64,000 nucleotides of DNA, taken from contig DAOORA010000013.1 of NCBI GenBank assembly GCA_035389045.1, forward strand, positions 1 through 64,000. The letters are read 5' to 3'. A program made the position numbers and the translations under genes. The stretch's first letter is position 1, and the number at the start of each line of letters is the position of its first letter. Positions 49,088-58,900 of the stretch are shown one piece after another. Under the pieces are notes generated by a model. That model did not search any database. It was not told the DNA's origin and worked only from the letters and a program-made list of their open reading frames with translations. This DNA comes from Bacteroidales bacterium. Lineage in GTDB: Bacteria > Bacteroidota > Bacteroidia > Bacteroidales > CAIWKO01.

Positions 49088-50791
49088 ATGAAAAAGATTT
49101 TTTTATTTCTGACAGTTTTTATTTTTGAATTGACAATATATGCGCAGGCGCCTGAAAAAATGACATATCAGGCGGTTGTCCGTGACAGCAGCGGTGTATT
49201 GATAACTAAAACTATTGTGGGGATGCAAATAAGCATTCTTCAGGGTTCGGTCAACGGCAATCCTGTTTACACTGAAATTCTCAGCCCGATGACCAACAAA
49301 AACGGACTGGTTACGGTTGAAATTGGCGGCGGTGGCGGTTTTAATACTATTGACTGGTCAAACGGGCCCTATTTCATCAGAGTGGAAATTGATCCTTCAG
49401 GAGCTACTGATTATACCATTAGTGGTACAAGTGAAATACTGAGTGTTCCTTTTGCTTTATATGCCAGGACATCAGAAACAGTTAAAAATGAAATGGATCC
49501 TCTTTTCGCTATATCTGTGGCATCAGGAATTCTTAACTCAGATATAATAAACTGGAACAATAAGTTGAGTTCTGAAGTTGATGGCTCAGTGACTAATGAA
49601 ATTCAGGGTTTGAGCATTCACAACGACACCGTTTTTCTGAGCGATGGCGGATTTATTATACTACCGTCCGGGTTTGACGGAAACTATAATAGTTTGATCA
49701 ACAAACCAATCAATCTGAGTTCGTTTATTAATGATGTCGGCTATCTGACCTCGTATACCGAAGCCGATGGTTCGGTCACCAACGAATTACAGGCGCTTAG
49801 TATATATCATGATACGATATTTCTGACCAACGGCGGGTTTGTCAAATTACCGGCCGGTTTTGACGGAAATTATAACAGCCTGACTAACAAACCGACCAAT
49901 GTAAGTTCCTTTGACAACGATGCCGGCTATCTGACCTCCTATACAGAAGTGGATGGTTCAGTGACTAATGAGTTACAGATATTGACAATTCATCACGATA
50001 CCATATTTTTAAGCAACGGTGGTTTTGCCAAACTTCCTGCCGGATTCGACGGGCATTACAGCAGTCTTACCGGGGCACCAACCAATGTGAGTGCATTTGC
50101 AAATGATGCCGGATATCTGACTGCTGAGGTAGATGGTTCTTTGACCAATGAACTGCAGACTGTCACACGTATCGGTTCCGTAATAACTTTGAGTAATGGC
50201 GGGGGCTCATTTACGGACAGTGTAGTAAATTATACTGCAGGTGCAGGTATCGATATTTCCGGTAACATTATAAAAACCAAAACCTATACCGTGGGTGAAT
50301 TTGCACGGGGGGGGATTGTTTTCTGGGTTGACGAAACCGGGCAACATGGTTTGGTTTGCGCTAAAACGGATCAGGATGGCGGCTCAGGCATTCGATGGCA
50401 TGGAGGTACATATACCAACACGATGGCGCTTGGCGATGGCCCTTTGTCGGGGACGATGAATACCGCGATAATTATCGGGAACCAGGGATATGGTGATGGT
50501 GCTACCTACGCCGCCCGTATATGCAGCGAACTTCAAATAACAGAAAGTGGTAAAACATATGGCGACTGGTATCTTCCAACTAAAGAAGAGTTAAACCTGC
50601 TGTATCAGAACAAAGATGTTATTGATGCTACAGCTATAGCCCATGGTGGAACTGCATTTGCTGTGGCAAACTACTGGAGCTCAACGGAGTATAACAATGG
50701 GTTTGCCTGGATGCAGTATTTTAGCACCGGTAATCAGAATATGGTTAACAAGGCCAATCCCAACAGAGTGAGGGCTATCAGATCTTTTTAG
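49088..50791 (+). CDS. Secreted fibre-like protein with about 62-aa repeats and a C-terminal DUF1566/Lcl (C-type-lectin-fold) domain
   Basis: 'QAPEKMTYQAVVRD...SVPFALYA' N-domain; repeats; 'GGIVFWVD..GQHGLV', 'DWYLPTKEEL', 'YWSSTE' and 'VRAIRSF'. Confidence 0.8.
   Translation: MKKIFLFLTVFIFELTIYAQAPEKMTYQAVVRDSSGVLITKTIVGMQISILQGSVNGNPVYTEILSPMTNKNGLVTVEIGGGGGFNTIDWSNGPYFIRVEIDPSGATDYTISGTSEILSVPFALYARTSETVKNEMDPLFAISVASGILNSDIINWNNKLSSEVDGSVTNEIQGLSIHNDTVFLSDGGFIILPSGFDGNYNSLINKPINLSSFINDVGYLTSYTEADGSVTNELQALSIYHDTIFLTNGGFVKLPAGFDGNYNSLTNKPTNVSSFDNDAGYLTSYTEVDGSVTNELQILTIHHDTIFLSNGGFAKLPAGFDGHYSSLTGAPTNVSAFANDAGYLTAEVDGSLTNELQTVTRIGSVITLSNGGGSFTDSVVNYTAGAGIDISGNIIKTKTYTVGEFARGGIVFWVDETGQHGLVCAKTDQDGGSGIRWHGGTYTNTMALGDGPLSGTMNTAIIIGNQGYGDGATYAARICSELQITESGKTYGDWYLPTKEELNLLYQNKDVIDATAIAHGGTAFAVANYWSSTEYNNGFAWMQYFSTGNQNMVNKANPNRVRAIRSF
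49577..50160 (+). repeat. Three full and one partial intragenic tandem repeat (186, 186 and 180 bp periods)
   Basis: Units start at 49577, 49763, 49949 and 50129 (xDGSVTNELQ...GFDGNYNSL.NKP...NDAGYLT). Confidence 0.9.
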
Positions 50792-50955
50792 AACAGCTTG
50801 TTTAACTCTGTCTGATTGGTTTGCTGATCAGCGTATGTGAATATCTTCCGTATCGCAAAAACTTCTGGCAAAAGTCAGGTATTTCTTTTTCCTGAGATAT
50901 AATACCCGTATTTAGACTCAAACTATTGATAAACCGGATGTGATTTCATGAAACA

Positions 50956-52197
50956 TTAATCATTTTTAATATTTTTCAATGCGGCTAATCGCTGCAGCAG
51001 CGTAGGGTGAGAATAAGTGATGAAAACGGTAAGCGGATGTGGCCGTAGATTGCTGAGACTTAATACATATAGTTTTTGTAATCCCCTGGCCAGCTCCTCT
51101 GCATTGGATTGCTGAGCAGCAAATTGATCGGCAGCATATTCGTGCCTGCGTGAAAAATAATTTCCGGCAATACCCAGAATCATGGAGATAGGGCTGTACA
51201 ACATTCCGAAAGCAAGGATTCCCATGTGAAAACTGGCATCATGAGCGCCTAATGCGCCTGCCACGTCAGGGCTGCCGATCACCAGCGACATGAGGTAAAG
51301 CAATACCCCGCTGCTGATGATTGAGGTCAGCAGTCCATACAAAACGTGTCTTTTCTTATAATGGCCTACTTCGTGAGCCAGGATGGCGACAATTTCTTCC
51401 GTGGTAAAATCATTCATCAGGGTATCGTAAAGAACGATTCTTTTTTTGGGTCCGAACCCGGTAAAATAAGCATTAGCTTTTTTTGAGCGCTTTGATCCGT
51501 TGATTACGAAGATGTTTTTCAGTTTAAACCCTGTTTTCAGGGAAAACGATTCAATGGCGTTACGAAGTTCACCGGCTTCAAGTGGTTGCTGCTTGTTGAA
51601 AAGTGGTACAATGATATTGGAGTAAAACAAGGCCATAAATACTGAAAATCCGGTTAATGCCATCCAGGCAATGAACCAGAACCAGGAACCGGAAATGCCG
51701 TAAATCCATACAATGAAAGCCAGGATTCCTCCGCCGAGAATGGCAGCCAGTAGCCAGGATTTGAGTTTATCGAGAATAAATGTTTTAACCGTTGTTGTAT
51801 TAAACCCGAATCTCTGCTCTATCACAAATGTATGATATGCGCTGAAGGGTATTGTAATGATGTCATAAGCAAGGCCAAGCAATGCGAAGAACATCAGAGC
51901 CTGCAGTATGGGACTGCCTGTGTTGTTGCGGACCAGGGTATCCGTCCATGCAAAACCTCCGAGAATCAGCATCATGATCAGGATAATGAAACTGAAAGTC
52001 GCGGTGATCAGCGAGAAACGCATATTGGCTTTTTCGTAATCCTGTGATTTACGGTATTTTTCACCATCATAGATCCCTTCAAGTTCTTCGGGAAGTTTAT
52101 TACTCCATAGCGTGCTGTCCAGATAGTCGAGCAAGAGGCCGAAAAGATAATTGAAAATTACAATGATCAGGATGATGATAAAAAGGGTTTGTGCCAT
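50956..52197 (-). CDS. M48 family (Ste24-like) membrane zinc metallopeptidase
   Basis: 'ANAYFTG', 'RIVLYDTL', HEVGH, 'EYAAD' and 'SHPTL'. Confidence 0.93.
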   Translation of the reverse strand: MAQTLFIIILIIVIFNYLFGLLLDYLDSTLWSNKLPEELEGIYDGEKYRKSQDYEKANMRFSLITATFSFIILIMMLILGGFAWTDTLVRNNTGSPILQALMFFALLGLAYDIITIPFSAYHTFVIEQRFGFNTTTVKTFILDKLKSWLLAAILGGGILAFIVWIYGISGSWFWFIAWMALTGFSVFMALFYSNIIVPLFNKQQPLEAGELRNAIESFSLKTGFKLKNIFVINGSKRSKKANAYFTGFGPKKRIVLYDTLMNDFTTEEIVAILAHEVGHYKKRHVLYGLLTSIISSGVLLYLMSLVIGSPDVAGALGAHDASFHMGILAFGMLYSPISMILGIAGNYFSRRHEYAADQFAAQQSNAEELARGLQKLYVLSLSNLRPHPLTVFITYSHPTLLQRLAALKNIKND

Positions 52198-52296
52198 GGT
52201 TTCTTTAATTGTAATACGAAATTATTATTTAACAATCAGCTGAAAAGGGTTCAGTTCCAGGACGGTGCGTAATACCTGTGTATTTCAACAAGGACC

Positions 52297-53061
52297 TTAT
52301 ACATATCCCATAATTTTATAAACAAGATATCCGATAACTTCATGTAAATACTTTTCCCACCTTACGAGTGCTTCTGCTTCAGGTATCAGGTAATAGCCGA
52401 TATCGGTGCGCCGCAGGCCGACCAGTTTATTTGTCGGGTAGCTGATTGCATCAATCCCCTGTTTTGCAAAACAGGCTTTTGACCGTTTCATATGCATGGC
52501 CGAGGTAATGAGCAGAAATTGTCCTTTATTACAATTGGTTTTAATAATCGCTGCACAGTTGACGGCATTCTGATAGGTGTTATTTGAGGTAGAATCAACA
52601 AGTATTACTGAATCAGGAACGCCGATATCCAAGAGGTACCGCTTGATGAGCGGACCTTCTAAAAAGTCTTTAAATACAAGGCTTCCCGAGCCACCTGATA
52701 ATATAATCTTTTTAATCTGACCGCATTTATAAAGATGCAAAGCCTGTAAGAACCTGTCGGTATTTTCATGAAAGATCAGCCTGTCGTGAATGAAGTCAAT
52801 GGTAACCATGCCGCCACCGAGTACCACTCCGGCTTCATAGGATTGGGTTTTATCATTTACGGAGTATGGTTCTTCCCAACACCGGATAATTTCATCGATG
52901 ATGGCAGGATTTGTAAAAAGAAGCACACAAATCACGGCCGCAATATTGATACGTTTCTTCCGTTTCGGATTTTTAAAAATCAAACCAGCAATCAGCAGAA
53001 TGATGATCCAGGTAAGCGGATTGAGCAGGAATGCTGTTATTTTGGATATTATAAAAAACAT
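52297..53061 (-). CDS. YdcF/ElyC (DUF218) family protein
   Basis: N-terminal TMs; 'VVLGGG', 'ILSGGSG', 'S.NTYQNA', 'LITSAMHMKRS' and 'HEVIG'. Confidence 0.9.
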   Translation of the reverse strand: MFFIISKITAFLLNPLTWIIILLIAGLIFKNPKRKKRINIAAVICVLLFTNPAIIDEIIRCWEEPYSVNDKTQSYEAGVVLGGGMVTIDFIHDRLIFHENTDRFLQALHLYKCGQIKKIILSGGSGSLVFKDFLEGPLIKRYLLDIGVPDSVILVDSTSNNTYQNAVNCAAIIKTNCNKGQFLLITSAMHMKRSKACFAKQGIDAISYPTNKLVGLRRTDIGYYLIPEAEALVRWEKYLHEVIGYLVYKIMGYV

Positions 53062-53124
53062 AAGTACAAATAAATGAAAAAAAATAACACAATCCCTTGT
53101 TTTGCTTCATAAATCAATACAATA

Positions 53125-55806
53125 TCACTTACTTAGGGATTTCCAGGTTTTAATATAGGAAGATTTGAAATAATTAAACCAAGTGTCGTTTCCAATATAG
53201 CTTAATACCATGACAGATGGCTGGGCTGCCGGATTTATGGCATGATCTTTCCGGGCCAGCATAGCGCCTGTCTGCAATTGCTTATTTCTTGCCGGAGCAG
53301 CATCATATCCTGTTTTTTGTAATGTTTTAAGGCCCAGCAGCGCATCTTCAGGACGGTTCTTTTGTATCATGAAATCTATGGCAGATCTGATAAAACTCGT
53401 GTCGCCCGATAGCGATATTTTATCGGCAAGCAGTTGATGAACAAGCCCGAATTGGTTTAATTGCATGACATTGAAGAAGTTTTCTGCTTCCGAATACAAG
53501 TAAAAAAAAGACTTATAATTATTATGCCGGTATGCTTTATGGGCATTCACAAGCATAATCTGATAATTGCAGGGCAACAGGTAGGTTTTTTTTTCGTTTA
53601 TAGCCAGAGAAACATCCATCAGACATTCGGGAAAACTGTCGCTTACCGCTATTGCTTTAGAATACAATGAATCCGACCCGATGAAGTTTTGCCCGGCAAC
53701 GGCGAGTGCTGCCTGTTTCTGATATCCCGCAAAAGCAATTTTTGCCTGGTGGCAGCGCAGATCAAAAATATTGCTTTTCAGTAGTTTGAGTTTTTTTGTG
53801 AGCAGGGTGTCCTTAATCAGTCCATGATGCGAAATGTTTTTTTCGAGCCGTTTCGCAAATAATAAAGCAGAGTCTGTTTGCTCAGCGGCAACAAACTTTT
53901 CAGCAATAACAACCTGGCTCTCCGCAACCTTGTTCGCACTGATTTGTATAAGTGAGTCAAGTTGGGGATGGTGTCTGAACCCGAAATCCTGTTCCATATT
54001 TTTTGCCTTATCAAAATGCGGCAGGGCATTTTGGTGATCTCCTGAATTTTGTGCGCTAAGGCCGGAACTGATGAACCCATTATAACGGAACGAATTTATT
54101 CTTGCCTGAAGCGTATCAATATCTTTGGGAAGTCGGATAATATTCGGATTACCAGATTGATATGCTATGGCATCATTTAGTATTTTTTCAGCATCTTCGA
54201 CCTGGCCGGCACTGATCTGCCGGGAACAATTTTTCAGCATCGAACGGTATATGCCCGAATGAGCTTTTGTCATGATTTTGTCAAAATTTTCGGGCAGGAC
54301 GAACGTATTAGCCTCTGCAATATCTTTTGCTTTGTTAAGGTATGATAGCCCTTTTTCAAAACTATTGCGCGAGCTCAATGTATCACCTTTGGCTACATAG
54401 GCCAACATGATATTGTTCAGTTTTAACAGCGCTTCAGCATCATTAATAATATAATTACTGTGACTTTTCTGGTAGTCCCTGGCATCGGAAATATATATTT
54501 CAGCAAGTTCGGGTTTGCCTTTATCTATGGCTTTTTGAGCCACACTCAGATAGGACTGGTAGATGCCAAACCGTGCCGCTGCAATGCTTTTAATATGTTT
54601 GTCGCCGCAAGCATATCCGGGGAGACTGTCACAAAACTTTGCGCATTTTTCAAGTATAACAATAGCTTCATTATATTTCTCGATACGGTTGTATTCATTT
54701 CCTTCCGCCAGCATTTTATTATAAATACTGTCAGTATATAATATGACCTTTTTATATATGTTCGGACCGGGATTTAGTTTGCGTAAAATGTAAGAAATTT
54801 TATCTGCTGCGTCGTTCAGGCTGTCACGATAGTAAAAAAGTTTGGCCAGCTCCAGTTGAGAGGGCACAAAGTCGGGATTGTATAAAACGGAACGGTTAAA
54901 ATACATTTCGGCCTTTGCTGATTCATCCATATCTACTGCCTCTAAACCCTTTTCATAGTATAATCTGTCAAGATTTCCGAGTTTTTGATCCAGCATTTTC
55001 CTGGTGTTGAAGATGGTTTCCGAAAGCCGGTTATAGCGGTCGATGAACTGAGAGGGATCATATTCCGTTAAATTTAAGTTCCCCGGAAAATCTTTATTGT
55101 ATTGTTCATCGGCAATCTTTTCGAGTTCCTTCAGGCTGATATCATAAACAATTATCATATCTGTATTGTCAAATTCAAATGATTGAATCTTTTGCAGGCA
55201 TTGTTCAATCACGGACTCAGATAAAAAATATTCGTCAATTAGTTTGATTTTAGAATCGAAACGGACCTGTGCATATTCATCGTAATGGAACGCAAAATTT
55301 TCTACACGGGTAGTATATTTATTTAAGCCCGATGTGTCAGAAAATCTGAAAGATGCCAGCAGGTTGTAGCCCATGCTCAGTTTTCCGTTGGTCACCGTTT
55401 TCTGGTACAGGGGGATGGCTTTTTCAGAAAACACACTGAAGTTGAATGAGCAGGAGGAAGGAATCAGAACGTCAGCAACGGAAAAACCTTTGTAAAGTAT
55501 ATCGCCACTGCAGTTTGCATCGGTAATTTCAAAAGTGGCGGAAAAGTTTCCTTTTTCGGTTTCGGTGATACGGTCAATTTTATTGCATTTAAAATCAAAG
55601 CGGGTATATTCGGTTTTTTTGGGAATGCTGCGTGCCAAAGCAGCGATGAAATAATTAACCGCACTTTTATTACTATCTGTTGCAGAGGTCAGGGTATTGA
55701 TGATTTCTGTCTTTTCCAGGTTTTGATAAATAACAATGCTCTGCCCCCATATATATGTTGACATTACGAATGTAAAAACCACTGACCAAAAGTACTTCTT
55801 CTGCAT
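53125..55806 (-). CDS. Large secreted helical/TPR-like hypothetical protein (893 aa)
   Basis: Signal peptide ending WG-Q; TPR-like segments such as 'YYEKG...AEMYFNRSVLYNPDF'. Confidence 0.6.
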   Translation of the reverse strand: MQKKYFWSVVFTFVMSTYIWGQSIVIYQNLEKTEIINTLTSATDSNKSAVNYFIAALARSIPKKTEYTRFDFKCNKIDRITETEKGNFSATFEITDANCSGDILYKGFSVADVLIPSSCSFNFSVFSEKAIPLYQKTVTNGKLSMGYNLLASFRFSDTSGLNKYTTRVENFAFHYDEYAQVRFDSKIKLIDEYFLSESVIEQCLQKIQSFEFDNTDMIIVYDISLKELEKIADEQYNKDFPGNLNLTEYDPSQFIDRYNRLSETIFNTRKMLDQKLGNLDRLYYEKGLEAVDMDESAKAEMYFNRSVLYNPDFVPSQLELAKLFYYRDSLNDAADKISYILRKLNPGPNIYKKVILYTDSIYNKMLAEGNEYNRIEKYNEAIVILEKCAKFCDSLPGYACGDKHIKSIAAARFGIYQSYLSVAQKAIDKGKPELAEIYISDARDYQKSHSNYIINDAEALLKLNNIMLAYVAKGDTLSSRNSFEKGLSYLNKAKDIAEANTFVLPENFDKIMTKAHSGIYRSMLKNCSRQISAGQVEDAEKILNDAIAYQSGNPNIIRLPKDIDTLQARINSFRYNGFISSGLSAQNSGDHQNALPHFDKAKNMEQDFGFRHHPQLDSLIQISANKVAESQVVIAEKFVAAEQTDSALLFAKRLEKNISHHGLIKDTLLTKKLKLLKSNIFDLRCHQAKIAFAGYQKQAALAVAGQNFIGSDSLYSKAIAVSDSFPECLMDVSLAINEKKTYLLPCNYQIMLVNAHKAYRHNNYKSFFYLYSEAENFFNVMQLNQFGLVHQLLADKISLSGDTSFIRSAIDFMIQKNRPEDALLGLKTLQKTGYDAAPARNKQLQTGAMLARKDHAINPAAQPSVMVLSYIGNDTWFNYFKSSYIKTWKSLSK

Positions 55807-55962
55807 CTTGCAAAAATATCACAAATATTGATATAAAAGCCTTACCGGATTTGAGAAACCTTAAATTATTTTAACATTCAACTGTTAATAGGTATGTCCG
55901 TTGCAAAGCCGCAAGGAAATAGTTGTAATTGTATTAGCAAAACAAAACAGCGCGTCTGCGCT

Positions 55963-58900
55963 TTATCTGTAAATGGTAACGGTGCCTTTAAGCTTATGCC
56001 TGATGCCGGTTTTTTCAGTGATATTGATCAGCCACACATAGACACCTTCTTCACAGGGCTTACTGCCATTGGCATTGTAACCATCCCAGGATTTATAACA
56101 ATCCTGTGTATAAAATACCTGTTTACCCCAGCGGTCAAAGATGAACATTTCAAAATCATCTTCATTGAAACCTACGCCTTTCCCTATAAATCCGTCATTT
56201 ACACCATTATTGTTGGGTGTAAAGGCATTTGGCACCCAAAAAACAAACGACTCCCTGATCTTAATGGTTTTTATGGCTGTATCGCTGCAATTATGGGTGT
56301 TTGATGCAATGAGCATTACGATAAAATTCCCGCTGTCCGAATATATGTGCACCGGATATTGTAATTCAGAAGTGTTGTCCACAGTGGTTTCAGGATCTCC
56401 GAAATTCCACTGCCAATGGGTGGCATAATTAGACTGGTCATAAAAATTGATAATCGGGTTGTTGGTTTCTCCGGCTTCCGGGTTTGTATAAAAATCGGCC
56501 TCCGGTTTTTTATAAACGAAAACGGTATCGAATCCCACAGCATGGCAGCCGTGCTCAGACATTCCCGTTATCATGACAAAGAAATTCCCGGGATAGGTAT
56601 AGGTGTATGAACTGACGGGCTGGTCCGAAATATCTGAACTGCTCATCAAATCTCCAAAATCCCATTGCAATGTGTTCATGTCAAGGGTTCCGTCCGGAAG
56701 GTAGGTAAATTCAACATAAAGTGGCAAACAACCCGATACGGGTTCTATGTTAAAATGAAGGAATGCTTCGGGATATAATATTACAGTCACCGTTGCAGTG
56801 CCGGTACAGCCATTATTATCATCGCCGAGAACCGTGTATATTGTTGTAACAGTAGGCGTGCATACCACTGTTGCGCCCGTATAGGATGACAATCCTTCGG
56901 TCGGAAGCCATTGATAATTAAATGCCCCGCTGGCGGTGATCAGGGTGGACTGTCCCGGACATAAGGAGTCGGATGGCGGTGTGACAGCTACAGGTATGGT
57001 CGTATAGGTGTTCACGGTGACGCTTTCAGATGAGGAGCATCCGTCGGTAGTGCCGGTCACGGTGTATGTGGTGGATGTTGTTGGGGTTGCCGAAACAGAG
57101 CTGCCTGTCGAATCCGACAGCGTATTAACCGGCGACCACGCGTAAGTGTCGGCGCCGGCAGCCTGGAGCAACACGGAAGTTCCCAGGCAAACAGAGGCAT
57201 GATCCGGGGTAATAGTTAATACCGGATTTGGCTTGACAGTGAGTATCTGTGTTGCTGAGTTAGTGCAGTTATAATTATCAGTATATGTGTATGTTATAAT
57301 ATGAGTACCTGTGCCGGCCACCGAAGGATTAAAGCTGTCGGTGCCGGTGATCCCTGGACCTGCATAATAGCCTCCGGCAGGGCTTGCCTGAGTGAGTGTA
57401 AAAGGGGCATCATTAAGACAGATATTGTTCAAAGGTGTAAAAGTTATTGAGGGCAAAGGGTGCACAGTTACCGTGACTGAATCGCTACCTGAACATCCAT
57501 GCGTCGTGCCTGTTACCGTATAAGTTATTGTTGTATTGGGTGATGCAGTAACAACGGTGCCGGAAGCCGGAGATAGCCCCGAAACGGGCATCCAGCTATA
57601 TGTTTCAGCGCCATTTGCTGAAAGGGTTATACTATCTCCAGAACATAACGCCGGGGAGGAAGGCGCAACAGTGATGACCGGGTTGGGTTTAACGAACACC
57701 GTGATCTGGGCGTCAGCAGTACAGGTATACTGGTCGCTGGCTGTAACCGTGTATGTCGTGGTGGATGGAGGTGTTGCCGTGACCACAGGGCCGCTAACCG
57801 ATGACAGCCCTGTGCCCGGAGACCACGAATAATAAAGTGTTCCGAACGCATTTAAGGTCGAAGAAAAAGAGGCGCAGACAGAATCAGGATTGGCGGCCAC
57901 TGCTACCGTAGGCGTCGGGCTTACTGTGACCGTGACAAAGTCCTGGGCTGTGCAACCGTAAATATCTGTCACCAGGAGTGTGTATACGGTTGTCACTGGC
58001 GGATGTGCCTGCGGATTGGGTATATAGGAGTTCGTAACGCCTGTAGCCGGAATCCAGTTGTATCCGAACGGAAAAGCGCCTGTAGCGCTTCCCTGCAGGT
58101 CGGCCATTGACCAGGAACAGGAACCGATGCTTGTATCATTGCCGGCATGAGCGGCGGGCGCCGGTGCAACTGTTATGGTGGCTTCATCGGCGTCTGTACA
58201 GCCGTAATTATCCGTGACTATCAGCGTGTATACCGTGGTGCTGAAAGGATGTGCGTCAGTGACTGCAGAATCCGGATGGACTACATTTGACTGCGGAGTC
58301 CATAAATATGACAGTGAGGTAGCGCCCGTTCCCGTGCCGTTCAGGGTGGCCGGCGGGGCGTTGGGGCAAGCCCCGGTATTCTGGTCGGAACCGGCATCCG
58401 ATGCAGGGATCGGGTCAATAATGATCAATATGTCATCGGTGGCCGAGCAGCCGAAGGCATCGGCAAGTGTCACTATATAGTTGGTGCTTGTCTGTGGATC
58501 TGCAACAGGATTTGAAATGCCGGGATTGCTGAGCCCGGTGGCGGGCGACCAATTATATGAAAATGGCGGTATGCCCGTAGCTGTTGTGCTGATGATGGCA
58601 GTGGGTGCATTGGGACAACCTCCTGAATGCTGATCAGCGCCTGCGTTAACGCTGGGTAACGCAGCAACAGTAATAACGATATCATCACTGGCCGTACACC
58701 CGAAAATATCAGTGACGGTAAGCGTATAAGCCGTCGTAATATTGGGATGCGCCACCGGATCGGGTATAGAAGGATTACTTAACCCGGATATGGGAAGCCA
58801 TGAGTAGGACAGTGGTGCGATTCCGGTAATTATTGAACTGATAACAGCGCCTGCCGCGTTGGAGCATGAGCCGATGGACAGATCATTGCCTGTGTTGACT

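Noticed and set aside
50600..50791. DUF1566 tip (and the FISUMP domain at 7176-7400) as diversity-generating retroelement targets
   Set aside because: The folds are compatible, but I found no reverse transcriptase, no Avd and no adenine-variant template repeat in this window. A remote DGR cannot be excluded.
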